DNA of 58,391 bases from a virus (lineage: Duplodnaviria > Caudoviricetes), in IMG/VR virus record IMGVR_UViG_3300020580_000002, positions 1-58,391 of that record, one strand, 5' to 3'. Below the pieces are notes generated by a model. The model was not told the DNA's origin and searched no databases. It saw only the letters and a program-made list of their open reading frames with translations. This document shows, piece by piece, positions 37,605-47,167 of this stretch; positions within the stretch are counted from its first letter, which is position 1, and each line of letters begins with the position of its first letter. The translations under genes and the position numbers were made by a program.

Positions 37605-37794
37605 CACTCGCACATTTCCGCCATCTGCCAACCCGCCTCGCAAGGTGCCGCGTAACGATAGCCGCATCGTCATCGAAGGCATCGACGAGCCCAAGCGCGA
37701 AGGCCGCTACAGCGACCGCATCAAGGTCGACCCTGGTACGCGCCAATGGTTCGACAAACGCCTCGGTAGACGCAGGACGGCGAGCCGTGCATGA
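37597..37794 (+). CDS. Small basic protein
   Basis: GGGAG SD; coupled to neighbours. Confidence 0.55.
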   Translation: MPDTRTFPPSANPPRKVPRNDSRIVIEGIDEPKREGRYSDRIKVDPGTRQWFDKRLGRRRTASRA

Positions 37795-38171
37795 CAGACT
37801 ACACATTCGAACGCACCATCCAGATCACCAAGATTGCGCTGTTGTGGGCGCTCTTGGTACTAGGACTCATCGCATACGAAAGGTCGCACATGGCTGAATC
37901 AGGATTCACTTATACTCACATCGTCGCTGCCACCAACACGCTCGTCAAAGCCGCACCCGGTACCCTCCACAACGTCACCATCAACGGTGGCACCGCTGGG
38001 CTCATTTCGATATTCGACACCGTTGCTGCCAACTGTACTGGTGGCGTGACCATTGGTATCGCTGCTGCCACTGTGCCTTTAGGCACCTCGCTCAACTACG
38101 ACCTGGCATTCAACACTGGCCTATGCATTACCACAGCAGCAGCAACTGATCTAACCATAACTGTTCGCTAG
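37791..38171 (+). CDS. Small beta-rich virion protein with N-terminal hydrophobic segment
   Basis: LVKAAPGTLHNVTIN..FNTGLCI; one Cys pair. Confidence 0.65.
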   Translation: MTDYTFERTIQITKIALLWALLVLGLIAYERSHMAESGFTYTHIVAATNTLVKAAPGTLHNVTINGGTAGLISIFDTVAANCTGGVTIGIAAATVPLGTSLNYDLAFNTGLCITTAAATDLTITVR

Positions 38172-38178
38172 GGAGCAC

Positions 38179-41100
38179 ATGGCCCAGTACACCTTAATCA
38201 CCGGCACCGTAAGGGACCCTACTGGGCGTATTTACCAGAACGGTACCTTCAGCGCTACCTTTCACGACCCCGGCACCAGCGGCAAGCTAGCTTCCCTATC
38301 CAACGGCCAGCCCTTCGAGCAAACCATCACCGGTACGCTCGACAGCTTCGGCTTCTTTAGCGTGCTCGTGGCCGACAATGGGCAAATCGCATCAGCCTCC
38401 GGCGCCACCGGCACCAGTTGGAATTTCGAGTTTGCCGCCAATGCTAGCATCCTGCAACTCACTGGTATCCAACCCATCCCCAGTTTCAGCTACTCAACAC
38501 CTATCATTTGCGCAACAAACACCCCTGTCGTATGCGGCGTTAGCATGGACATCAGCACCCCCATACAGGCAGTGTCCGCGCTTTTGCCCCCCGTAAGTGG
38601 CAGTGGGGGCCCAACGCTATTCGCCGGTGTGCCTACTGGCCCATGCGCCGCAACACAAACCGCCGTCAACACCCTCACCGGCGATTTTTACTCTTGTGTG
38701 TCTGGCGCATGGTTTAAGGTTGGTCCTGGAGGCGTTCCACTGTCAGCAGCACTGAAGCCAACCCTGCCAGGCGACCCGGTACAGTTTGTGTCTCCAAACG
38801 GCAATGACACAAACGACGGCTTGTCGTGGGGCAGTGCCAAGCTGACAGTCTACAAAGCACTGCAATCACTCCCTGGCGGTTCCAGTACACAAGTCGGCTC
38901 AGGTACCGTCCTTCTGAGCGGCGTCGTAAGCTACGGCGGCCCAGCAGCCAGCCAAGGCATGTGGATTATGGGAGGGTTAGACCCAAACTCGGGCAGTCCT
39001 CCCTCAGGCTGGCTACTTAAGAGCACGTCCGGCCCTATCAACATTGAATGCGCCTTCCCTCCCATCCAGTTCGCCCATGCACACACTCCTGCCTGCACCA
39101 TGACAGGCGGAGGCAACACTGACTTAGTGCACCCTGCAATTTGGCTCTCCGCAACTAACACCATCAACATAAAAAACGTCGGGCTCAGCAATTTTCTGAA
39201 CACTTACGTCAAAATCGGCATCGACTCCAATAACAACCGGAGTACTGCTGCTGGAGGCAGTTCCAGCATTTCGCTGGACGGATTGAGCTGGAACCACGGA
39301 AGTTGCCGATTTGGCGGCGGTCCCGGTCTGGACATCGGCTCTAACACCTTTTGGATTTGGATGCGCAACATTAACGGCAGCGGCTGCAGCTTTGGCGAGC
39401 TAACCATTGCTGGTTCTGGTACCCCTGGCCTCAGCCGCTCCGCAAACGTCGTCACTGTCAACACGACCGCACCAGTCAGCATCACTGCAGGTCCAACTCA
39501 GTGGATTACCGTACAAAACGCCAGCGACCCTAGCTTTAACGGCTCCTTCGCCGTCACTGCGGTCAATTCGAGCCAGCAATTCACTTACGCCCAGGTAGGC
39601 CCCAACGCAACGAGTGGCAACGGGCAGGTAGTCACTGCCGCCAAAGCCGCTATCAACCACGACGCTGGCGGTGGCTCCGGCTCAGGCTTAGTTTTTCTGG
39701 ACAATTTCCAACTAAACAGTGGAGGTATCCGCATCGTCCCCGGCAATCAGGGCGCTGGAATGTACATTCGCAACGGCGATTACGAAGGAGACGGTGCCAA
39801 CCCCGACATGCCGATGGTCCTGGTAACCAGCCAAGTAGCTACTTCAGCGGGTACTGGCATGAACGTTGTCGTCGAGAACTTGGAAATTTCGGACCCCCTC
39901 GTGAGCATCCCCGGCGTGCAAATAGACAACGGTGGAATACCCATCATCAAGGTATCCCGTGTGGACAAAGGTGTGTCAGGGCCTGCGCTGGTCTTGGGTG
40001 GCACACCTTCTGACTTTGTGATTAGCGATTTGCGCCAACTGCACCCAGGCTACAACGTTTTCGGCCGCGTCGTAGGTGGCGGCATCGACGTAGCTAGAAG
40101 GGGCTTCTCTCCTGTTGCAGTGACGTTCCCTAACTTAGCGTCAGCAGCACCTAGTGCTTGGACCTTCGAGACTGGAGCAGGTACCATCACCTCGGGCATA
40201 GCTGCTCCTGACGGCACCACTGGAGCAGGCCGCATCACCTCGAACGCGGGGACAGCCTCGGTGGACGTGTTTAGCAGCTTAGGCACAACGCTGACTGTTG
40301 GCGACGCTTACATCTACGGCGCATGGGAACGCTCAAACTCTGGCGGCGTGCTCAGTGGTGGTGGCGTCAAGCTGGCGCTAAACTCTAACGGCCAGGGTGT
40401 CGGAGATACTTGCGTTGGGGGTGCCCAATCAGGCACCACTCTATTCAGCCAGTTGTTCGGCGACGGCCAGTGGATATGGAACTCAGGTCTGTGCAAAATC
40501 GCCACTAACCCTAACACTGCTGGCCTGACGTTGAGCGTCCCTGTCACCAACCCCAACGTCATGGACGTGTACGCACCAGTTCTAATCAAAGTGCCTGCTG
40601 GCACCAAGTCTGACAATGAGCTTTACGAGATTGCGCTTAACCTTTCCAGTTACTCTGCCACCGCCGTGGCAGGCGATGTCTCCATGCTTGGCGGGCAGTA
40701 TTTCCGTCCTGGATGGAGCACTTTTACGAACCTTGGGGCGGTGCGCAACGGTACAACTATCTACTGCACCGACTGTGTGGACAATAGCCCATGCGCAGGT
40801 GGTGGCACTGGAGCGTTCGCACAAGGGCTAAATGGCGTATGGGTATGCAACGGTGCTGGAAGCAACATACCTTTCAGCGTCGTCACCACTGGGACAAACA
40901 CGAACGCTCTGGTTGTCGGTACTGGCGGCTCGCTGAATGCAAGCGGCTCGGGCATCGTCAATGCCACCATCGTGACCTCTGCGACTGCGAGCCCGGCGTT
41001 GTCTGGGGTAGTGCGTCTAGCGTCTGGCGACCAACTATGCTGGCGCAACAATGCAAACAGCGGTGACGATTGTATCCTCAAGACCGCTACGGATGCTCTA

Positions 41101-41778
41101 CAGCTAAGTTCGTTCTTTCCTGTGATCGCTGGACAGTTCGCCTCAGCTACAACCCCGCGCGCTGCGGCTGGATTCATCAGCCTGGCGACTAATGATGCCA
41201 TCGCCTGGAGAAACACTGGCAACACGGGGGATATTTTCATCACTCTTAACGGGGTTAACAATTTCGACTTCAGCACCGCCCTGCTCGGGGCGCCAGGCTT
41301 CTATAGCAACGCCGCTACGGTCTCGGTGACGGGGGTCGTGAGGCTAGGCACTAACCAGACGGTGAGCTGGCGCAACAATGGCAACACTGCAGACCTTGGG
41401 CTCACGCTAAACTCGTCCAACGTTTTCACCTTTGCCGCGCCAATCCAACCGCCAGCCTACCTAACTAGTACCAACTGCTCCTCTGGCGCTTCGCCAGCAG
41501 TGTGCGGCTCTGCTGCGGCGGGCAGTGTAGCAGTGCCTACCGGCACGAACGCTACCTTGACAGTGAACACCACCGCAGTGACGGCAAACAGCCAGATTTT
41601 CGTACAGCAAGATGATACGCTGGGAGCGAGACTGAGCGTTACTTGCAACAGCACATTGTCGTCGTTAATCGTCGAGCCAGTCGTCACGGCGCGTTCCGCC
41701 GGAACTAGCTTTACTGTGACGATCAGCGGCACGACAGTGACTAACCCAGTGTGCTTAAGTTACTTTATAGTTAACTAG
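38179..41778 (+). CDS. Tail fibre/spike 1 (beta-helix-like, 20 Cys)
   Basis: 1199 aa, G/S/T/N-rich; FVSPNGNDTNDGLSW motif; three WRN repeats. Confidence 0.8.
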   Translation: MAQYTLITGTVRDPTGRIYQNGTFSATFHDPGTSGKLASLSNGQPFEQTITGTLDSFGFFSVLVADNGQIASASGATGTSWNFEFAANASILQLTGIQPIPSFSYSTPIICATNTPVVCGVSMDISTPIQAVSALLPPVSGSGGPTLFAGVPTGPCAATQTAVNTLTGDFYSCVSGAWFKVGPGGVPLSAALKPTLPGDPVQFVSPNGNDTNDGLSWGSAKLTVYKALQSLPGGSSTQVGSGTVLLSGVVSYGGPAASQGMWIMGGLDPNSGSPPSGWLLKSTSGPINIECAFPPIQFAHAHTPACTMTGGGNTDLVHPAIWLSATNTINIKNVGLSNFLNTYVKIGIDSNNNRSTAAGGSSSISLDGLSWNHGSCRFGGGPGLDIGSNTFWIWMRNINGSGCSFGELTIAGSGTPGLSRSANVVTVNTTAPVSITAGPTQWITVQNASDPSFNGSFAVTAVNSSQQFTYAQVGPNATSGNGQVVTAAKAAINHDAGGGSGSGLVFLDNFQLNSGGIRIVPGNQGAGMYIRNGDYEGDGANPDMPMVLVTSQVATSAGTGMNVVVENLEISDPLVSIPGVQIDNGGIPIIKVSRVDKGVSGPALVLGGTPSDFVISDLRQLHPGYNVFGRVVGGGIDVARRGFSPVAVTFPNLASAAPSAWTFETGAGTITSGIAAPDGTTGAGRITSNAGTASVDVFSSLGTTLTVGDAYIYGAWERSNSGGVLSGGGVKLALNSNGQGVGDTCVGGAQSGTTLFSQLFGDGQWIWNSGLCKIATNPNTAGLTLSVPVTNPNVMDVYAPVLIKVPAGTKSDNELYEIALNLSSYSATAVAGDVSMLGGQYFRPGWSTFTNLGAVRNGTTIYCTDCVDNSPCAGGGTGAFAQGLNGVWVCNGAGSNIPFSVVTTGTNTNALVVGTGGSLNASGSGIVNATIVTSATASPALSGVVRLASGDQLCWRNNANSGDDCILKTATDALQLSSFFPVIAGQFASATTPRAAAGFISLATNDAIAWRNTGNTGDIFITLNGVNNFDFSTALLGAPGFYSNAATVSVTGVVRLGTNQTVSWRNNGNTADLGLTLNSSNVFTFAAPIQPPAYLTSTNCSSGASPAVCGSAAAGSVAVPTGTNATLTVNTTAVTANSQIFVQQDDTLGARLSVTCNSTLSSLIVEPVVTARSAGTSFTVTISGTTVTNPVCLSYFIVN

Positions 41779-41790
41779 GGAGGACCAGCA

Positions 41791-42078
41791 ATGGCCGACA
41801 TACGCATGTACGTGCAAAAAGGGTGCCCGCATTGTGAGGCGGCACAGCAGTTTTTGATAGGCCGTAACATGACCGTGGAGGTCATTGAGATTGGCTTCGA
41901 CCCGATTTTACAGGCAGGCATCAGGTCTAGCTCGAACGGGCAGGGCCTGCCGGTGCCCATCATCATCTCGTTCGCAACTCAGGAGGTCGTCGTTGGAAAC
42001 GACACCGCCACACTTCAGCGTTTGGCAGATGCTGCTTTTGTCCATCGCCCAGTCGCATCTCACGCTGCTGCTTCGTGA
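41791..42078 (+). CDS. Glutaredoxin/thioredoxin-fold protein with CPHC active site
   Basis: MYVQKGCPHCEAA..LPVP..VVVG; GGAGG SD; no signal peptide. Confidence 0.88.
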   Translation: MADIRMYVQKGCPHCEAAQQFLIGRNMTVEVIEIGFDPILQAGIRSSSNGQGLPVPIIISFATQEVVVGNDTATLQRLADAAFVHRPVASHAAAS

Positions 42079-42322
42079 GGGAAGGGCGTTCGACTGGCTG
42101 TTTCGCGGTCGCCTACTGAAGGAGATGCGCGAATGCCCCATGTGTTTAGGGGCTTGGACAGCGTTAGGTGTCTCATTGGCAGCAGGTCTACGCAACCCGT
42201 GGCAGATTCTTGTAGTCGCAGGGGTTGGGCATGTGCTATACCTGTTTCGAGATAAGTACCTGCCCTGCGATAAATGCACCATCCCGCCAGCGGTGCCGTT
42301 CAAGTTTATAAACAGGAGTTGA
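41993..42322 (+). CDS. DUF1360-like membrane protein with CPMC and CDKC motifs
   Basis: TTG start 5 nt after AGGAGGT (alternative ATG at 42029); hydrophobic helices; ECPMCLGAW. Confidence 0.7.
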   Translation: METTPPHFSVWQMLLLSIAQSHLTLLLREGRAFDWLFRGRLLKEMRECPMCLGAWTALGVSLAAGLRNPWQILVVAGVGHVLYLFRDKYLPCDKCTIPPAVPFKFINRS

Positions 42323-42325
42323 CCA

Positions 42326-44806
42326 ATGGCTGGCTCGACAACGAACGTCACCGGGACAGCAACTGATTCCCAGACTACGCCATATATCAATGGCACCTGG
42401 GTAGCGAACCTCTTCAACCCGACCTCTTTCCAACCGGTGTGGGGTGGCACTACAAATTTCACAACCACCTATGGCGGGGCGCTCGACAACACCGGCTCGT
42501 TCGCTGCTACCCTGCCATCAAACACCGGCGCCAACTCTATCACCGTCGGCGGGTTGACCACTACGCAGTGGACTTTTGCGTTTTTTACCTCTGACGGCGA
42601 GAATGCCTTCACCGCAACGGTCACCATCACCGGCGCTAACCAGAGCATCAGCGCATCCATCATCAACGCGGCACGCATCTTTTGGGAAACCGGTGACACA
42701 AACCCTCCACCTTGCGGCACCGGCCAAGGAATCGTATCGCTAGGGACGGGAACTTTCGGATGCGGAGGCGGTTCGTTCCCGGTCACCACGATTGTAAACG
42801 TCAGCTCAGGCGGCGGAATCCAGCCTACCGGTACCGGGTTCGTCAATATTGTTCCTGTTAATACGCCTATAACACAGTCACAGGTTGGGCCGGGATTCAA
42901 TGTTAAGAACTATGGAGCGAAGGGCGATACGCAGTTTAGTGCTGCAAACTGCACGCTCAACGGTACGGCAACGCTCGTTTGCCCAGGAGCCAACTTCAAT
43001 TCTGCAAAGGATGTCGGTAAGCGGGTCAATTGCGGGTCTGGCCTAGGCGGGGGCCTCCAAGTAGCGGCAGGTACGACTATAGCGTCGGTTACGAACTCTA
43101 CAACTGTAGTGATGTCAAACGTCAGCGGCCAAAACAATAACATCTTCTCGTGCGCATGGGGAACCGTAGACGATGTAGCTGTCAACGCGGCCGTCACTGC
43201 ATGGCTAGCAGCAGCTTCTAGCACCTCAGGACAGCGCGGCCCATTCAACAACAACAATAATCCGCAATCTCCAGTCTTGTACTTTCCCGCTGGAGCCTAC
43301 ATGCTCTGCGGTTCAGGAAACTCCATAATCAACTTCGCATCAAGCAAGTTTGGCGCTGTCGTTACAGGAGATGCGCCACAGGAATCATGGCTTGTCCCCT
43401 GCGACATCCCAAACATGGGCGGGAATGATTTCTTTGTACAGCAGAGCGGGACAAACGGTCTGGTCATCAGGAACCTATCTATTGACGGTATGTTCTTTCC
43501 CGAGGGCGGCGCGAATGCCTTCAACCTGGGGGGCGACCATCGTACAGAGAACGTAACTGTCACGCGCTGGAACGGGGCCAACGGCTTCCTAAGTGCAGGT
43601 GGCGGTGGGTATAACCTGAACATGAATATAAATAACTCCATCGGGGGCATTTTCTGCAGCGGTTGCAACGACGAGTTCCATGCTGGAGGCTCATCGAACA
43701 ATGGGACGGGCGGCGGTGCCTTCAACTTGAAGGTGCAAAATGTCGTCGGCGAAAACACCGGTACCGGTGCTCGCTTTACAGGTAACTTCCTCATCGACGA
43801 ATGTGGCGCATCAACGAACGGCTGTACGCAAATCCTTAACTCGCAGGATGTGTGGTTTCAAGGAGCGTCGCTGTTCTCGACACCCAGCTCCAACGCTCTT
43901 TACGTTGATGGTACTTCCTTCGTTCATATGTCCGGGGGTATCGCGGGGTGTTTTGGCACCGATGCACCATGTACGGGAGTAAACATTCTGGCCGGTGGGG
44001 TCGTGCAGTCCTCAGATGTAAGGTACGTTGGTTCCGGCACAACTGGGAAGTGCATCAACAACGCCGGTATCTTTAATGATAACGGTGGCAACTCTTGTGA
44101 GACACAATTCACAGTCAACAGCGGTACATCGACAGGAACGGCTGCAGTTCTAACAGTGAACGCTGGCCCCGGTGCCCCAAACACGCTTTGTACTGTGGGC
44201 GATGCTTTAATTGTTGAGGGAGTTTCACCTGCAGGCTACAACGGTTACTACCCGGCAGGCGCAACCAGTGGCGTTACAGCAGTTTCCGGCACGACAATTA
44301 GCTATACAACTGCCGGGAGCAACCTCGGAGCAGCAGGCGCCGGTGGCATTGTGACCTGCCGTAACCTGCAAACTTACGCAGGTACGCTACCAAAGGCTTT
44401 GCTCAATAACCCCATCCCGAATACCTGCTATCTCACCATCACTCCCATTGTAAACGCCACAACCTATCAGATGTGTAACTGGGGAGCTGGCAGTCCCACG
44501 AACATTTCGCGCATCACGGCTAGTTCACAAAACGTAACTACCTGTGCCACAGCGCCAATCATCACCATCTCCAACGGAACGGTTTCGCAAACGCTGACGC
44601 TCACCAGCGGCAAGCAGTTCTGGGACAGTTTCGCTGCCCAAGACGCGAGCACCGGTGTAGGTACAACGATATTCAAGCCAAGCATCTCGCTCACCGGCAC
44701 AGACAGAATCACGATCAAGTACGACGCTGGTGCGCTATCGGCTTGTGCCACACCGCCAACCCTGTTGGCAGTCAGTTACACCATTTCGCCCATCTTGAGC
44801 AACTGA
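42326..44806 (+). CDS. Tail fibre/spike 2 (pectate-lyase-like beta helix, 22 Cys)
   Basis: FNVKNYGAKGD and VLYFPAGAY motifs; N-terminus resembles fibre 1 (VTGTATD / ITGTVRD). Confidence 0.82.
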   Translation: MAGSTTNVTGTATDSQTTPYINGTWVANLFNPTSFQPVWGGTTNFTTTYGGALDNTGSFAATLPSNTGANSITVGGLTTTQWTFAFFTSDGENAFTATVTITGANQSISASIINAARIFWETGDTNPPPCGTGQGIVSLGTGTFGCGGGSFPVTTIVNVSSGGGIQPTGTGFVNIVPVNTPITQSQVGPGFNVKNYGAKGDTQFSAANCTLNGTATLVCPGANFNSAKDVGKRVNCGSGLGGGLQVAAGTTIASVTNSTTVVMSNVSGQNNNIFSCAWGTVDDVAVNAAVTAWLAAASSTSGQRGPFNNNNNPQSPVLYFPAGAYMLCGSGNSIINFASSKFGAVVTGDAPQESWLVPCDIPNMGGNDFFVQQSGTNGLVIRNLSIDGMFFPEGGANAFNLGGDHRTENVTVTRWNGANGFLSAGGGGYNLNMNINNSIGGIFCSGCNDEFHAGGSSNNGTGGGAFNLKVQNVVGENTGTGARFTGNFLIDECGASTNGCTQILNSQDVWFQGASLFSTPSSNALYVDGTSFVHMSGGIAGCFGTDAPCTGVNILAGGVVQSSDVRYVGSGTTGKCINNAGIFNDNGGNSCETQFTVNSGTSTGTAAVLTVNAGPGAPNTLCTVGDALIVEGVSPAGYNGYYPAGATSGVTAVSGTTISYTTAGSNLGAAGAGGIVTCRNLQTYAGTLPKALLNNPIPNTCYLTITPIVNATTYQMCNWGAGSPTNISRITASSQNVTTCATAPIITISNGTVSQTLTLTSGKQFWDSFAAQDASTGVGTTIFKPSISLTGTDRITIKYDAGALSACATPPTLLAVSYTISPILSN

Positions 44807-44983
44807 TGAGGAGGCAAAAGGATAAAATGGATGCCATGCTCGACCTTATCAAGCGCAACGAGATTAAGCCCATTTGGCACTGGCTGCTGATGTGTGGGCC
44901 TGTGAAAGTGCACAAGGGCTGTTCAGGGCCAGGATGTTCGTGCGTAAAGAAAGTAATGGACAAGTCGCGAAAGGAGCACTAAG

Positions 44984-45241
44984 ATGAGCGCCATGTGGAA
45001 GGCCATCACGGATTTTCTTGCAGCCCATGGGACGTCAGCATCTATCGTCGCAACGCTAATATTCGTCAAGTTCGTCGGCAAGCTGCCGGTGCCGACGTCC
45101 AGCTCGAATTGGCTATACCAGTTTTTCTTTGAAGTGATGAATGCACTTACCGTCAACATGCACTTGGCGCGCCAGGCAGTAGTGACACCAGCGCCGCCAG
45201 TGTACCTTCCCCCTGCGCCGCCAACAACGCCAGCAGCCTAG
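44984..45241 (+). CDS. Holin-like membrane protein
   Basis: Hydrophobic helices; LPVP..WLY motif; AAGGAG SD. Confidence 0.6.
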   Translation: MSAMWKAITDFLAAHGTSASIVATLIFVKFVGKLPVPTSSSNWLYQFFFEVMNALTVNMHLARQAVVTPAPPVYLPPAPPTTPAA

Positions 45242-45290
45242 TGTTCAATTGGAGACAGACACCGTCTCGCGAAAGGGGCACACTTCAAAC

Positions 45291-45737
45291 ATGAGCTTCC
45301 GCGAAGAGTTCGAAGAACACGTAGAGAGGTCGCTCCACCGTATCGCCAAGGCGATTGAAGCCATTGTCCAGTTGCTGACGCAGCAGCCGGGCAGCTCAGT
45401 AGCACAGTCAGCTATTCTTACGTTCACAGATGCGAAAGGGAATAAAATTATGCCTGCAACACTTACTGTAGGTCAAACTGCGAATTCAGTTTTCACTGAA
45501 TTCACTGGCCTGAATGGCACCGGGGTAGTCATCGCTCCAATCGGCCCCGTAACATTCAGCTCCAGCGCACCACTCGTTGCCACCGTCGACCCTGCTAGCG
45601 GTTTGGTTACCGCTGTGGGGCCAGGGACTGCTACGATAACAGCGACAGACTCGGGAAACGGCCTTAGCGCCAGTGATTCTGTGAGCGACACGGCACTGGT
45701 CGCGCAATCCGCGACGCTCGTCATAACAGCCAACTAA
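45291..45737 (+). CDS. Ig-like (Big_2) domain protein; possible internal start at 45450
   Basis: VTFSSSAPLVATVDPASGLVTAVGPGTATITAT. Confidence 0.8.
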   Translation: MSFREEFEEHVERSLHRIAKAIEAIVQLLTQQPGSSVAQSAILTFTDAKGNKIMPATLTVGQTANSVFTEFTGLNGTGVVIAPIGPVTFSSSAPLVATVDPASGLVTAVGPGTATITATDSGNGLSASDSVSDTALVAQSATLVITAN

Positions 45738-45858
45738 CACCTTCTCGGACGGCGTGCCACACCTACCCCACGCACACACCCGCCGAGCCATTGCGCTCCT
45801 GGGCTGCCTCCTCATCGCAGGCAGCCTGGGGGCGCTTTTTGGTTTAGTGCTAAAATGG

Positions 45859-46371
45859 TTAGGAAACAGTTACTGTATCGACCGCTGACACGCCAGCAGG
45901 CGGTGCTGGTATTGAGCGGGGGCGCCAGAAGCGCAAGCGGCCCACGTTGAGGGTGTTTACCCAGTCTGACTCATTCCCCCACGCAGAAGGCCAGGTGATG
46001 CTAGTGTCGAAGTAGTTGATGGCACCGGCAGTGTTGTCTAGCACCCGGCCGGTGTAGACGCTGATGGCTGCTTGGGTACAGAGCACAAATGATGGGTCCG
46101 TATCGCTAGGCCACAAGTCATGCTGCGGGTCGTTGGGGTTGAAGGATACGAACATGGGCCTGACCTGGGAGCTGAATTGCGAGGGCGCCAGAATTACTGC
46201 TTTGTAGCTGCCAGCGACGTTGCCGTTATACCAGGCTGGGGTCTTGGTGCGGTTCTTGACTACGTTAGCGACGGCGGTGATGCCCTGCATGGGCTGGCCG
46301 CGAGCCTCGCGCCAGCAGCAGAGTTCGAGAAGGGCAAGGTCTGATAGCTGCGTATAGGGCTGCGGAATCAT
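45859..46371 (-). CDS. Cell-wall hydrolase (SleB/Hydrolase_2 family), putative endolysin
   Basis: WREARGQ..AVANVVKNR..QFS..DNTAGAINYF. Confidence 0.88.
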   Translation of the reverse strand: MIPQPYTQLSDLALLELCCWREARGQPMQGITAVANVVKNRTKTPAWYNGNVAGSYKAVILAPSQFSSQVRPMFVSFNPNDPQHDLWPSDTDPSFVLCTQAAISVYTGRVLDNTAGAINYFDTSITWPSAWGNESDWVNTLNVGRLRFWRPRSIPAPPAGVSAVDTVTVS

Positions 46372-47165
46372 AGCACTGTAACGGTGTCAGATGCGGATGC
46401 AATGCCACCGGCGATCAAGCCCAAGTCTTGGCGCAGGAGCGTAATGGTGTAGCCTACTGGGGTGTTGCCGAGGGTGTTGAACCATTGCGGTGATAGAATG
46501 GCGTAGGCTTCGTCGACATATTTATTCCAGAAGTTCCAGCTCATGCGCTGCACGGTGCCCCAGGTGATGACGGTGCAGCCTTCCAGGTCGTAGCCGAAGA
46601 CGGGCACGGCGTGGCCACCGGCGATGCCGCCGTCATTGGCAACTAAGTCCCACTCTTGGCCTGCGTCGTATTGGTTGAGGGCTGACTGCGGAACCTCGAA
46701 GCCGATGTAGACGCCGCCGAACAGGTACACTGCCTGTTTGACCAGCGTCGCATCAGGCGGCTCGATAGATGCGTAACCCTCGATGGGCTGGCCAGCGATA
46801 CCCTTGGTGCGCCAATAGTTGAGTACGTCCAGCTCGACGGCGCCGTTGTCGTTGGCGCCGGTTTGGCGGTCGTAGCCTGAGACGGCGCTGTAGTCGTTGA
46901 GGATTTGGTTGTCCGTTGGGAACCATTCGGTGCCGGTGTACTTGCTCCACAGCATTTCCATATGACCTGCGGCGGCGATGGTGCAGTCGCCAGTGGTGTC
47001 GTTGGCCATCATACCCCAGCCGTTGATGCCTGCTTGCCAGTTGATGACTGGCGGAGGTACTAAGGGTACTTCGTGTGAAATATAGTTGCGCAGCTTGAGG
47101 GTACGTACGTCAGTGCGCTTGGGGAGGCGGCCGAATTTGAGTCCTACGGTGCGTCCTGGGGACAT
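46368..47165 (-). CDS. Papain-like cysteine peptidase
   Basis: GDCTIAA (catalytic Cys), GGHAV..GYD (His), ITWG. Confidence 0.8.
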   Translation of the reverse strand: MSPGRTVGLKFGRLPKRTDVRTLKLRNYISHEVPLVPPPVINWQAGINGWGMMANDTTGDCTIAAAGHMEMLWSKYTGTEWFPTDNQILNDYSAVSGYDRQTGANDNGAVELDVLNYWRTKGIAGQPIEGYASIEPPDATLVKQAVYLFGGVYIGFEVPQSALNQYDAGQEWDLVANDGGIAGGHAVPVFGYDLEGCTVITWGTVQRMSWNFWNKYVDEAYAILSPQWFNTLGNTPVGYTITLLRQDLGLIAGGIASASDTVTVL

Positions 47166-47167
47166 GG

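Noticed and set aside
41885-41992. N-terminal extension or programmed frameshift fusing the glutaredoxin to the membrane protein
   Set aside because: A perfect SD with an in-frame TTG at 41993 explains independent translation, and no clear slippery site was seen at the overlap
38179-44806. Diversity-generating retroelement acting on the fibres
   Set aside because: No reverse transcriptase and no template/variable repeat pair seen
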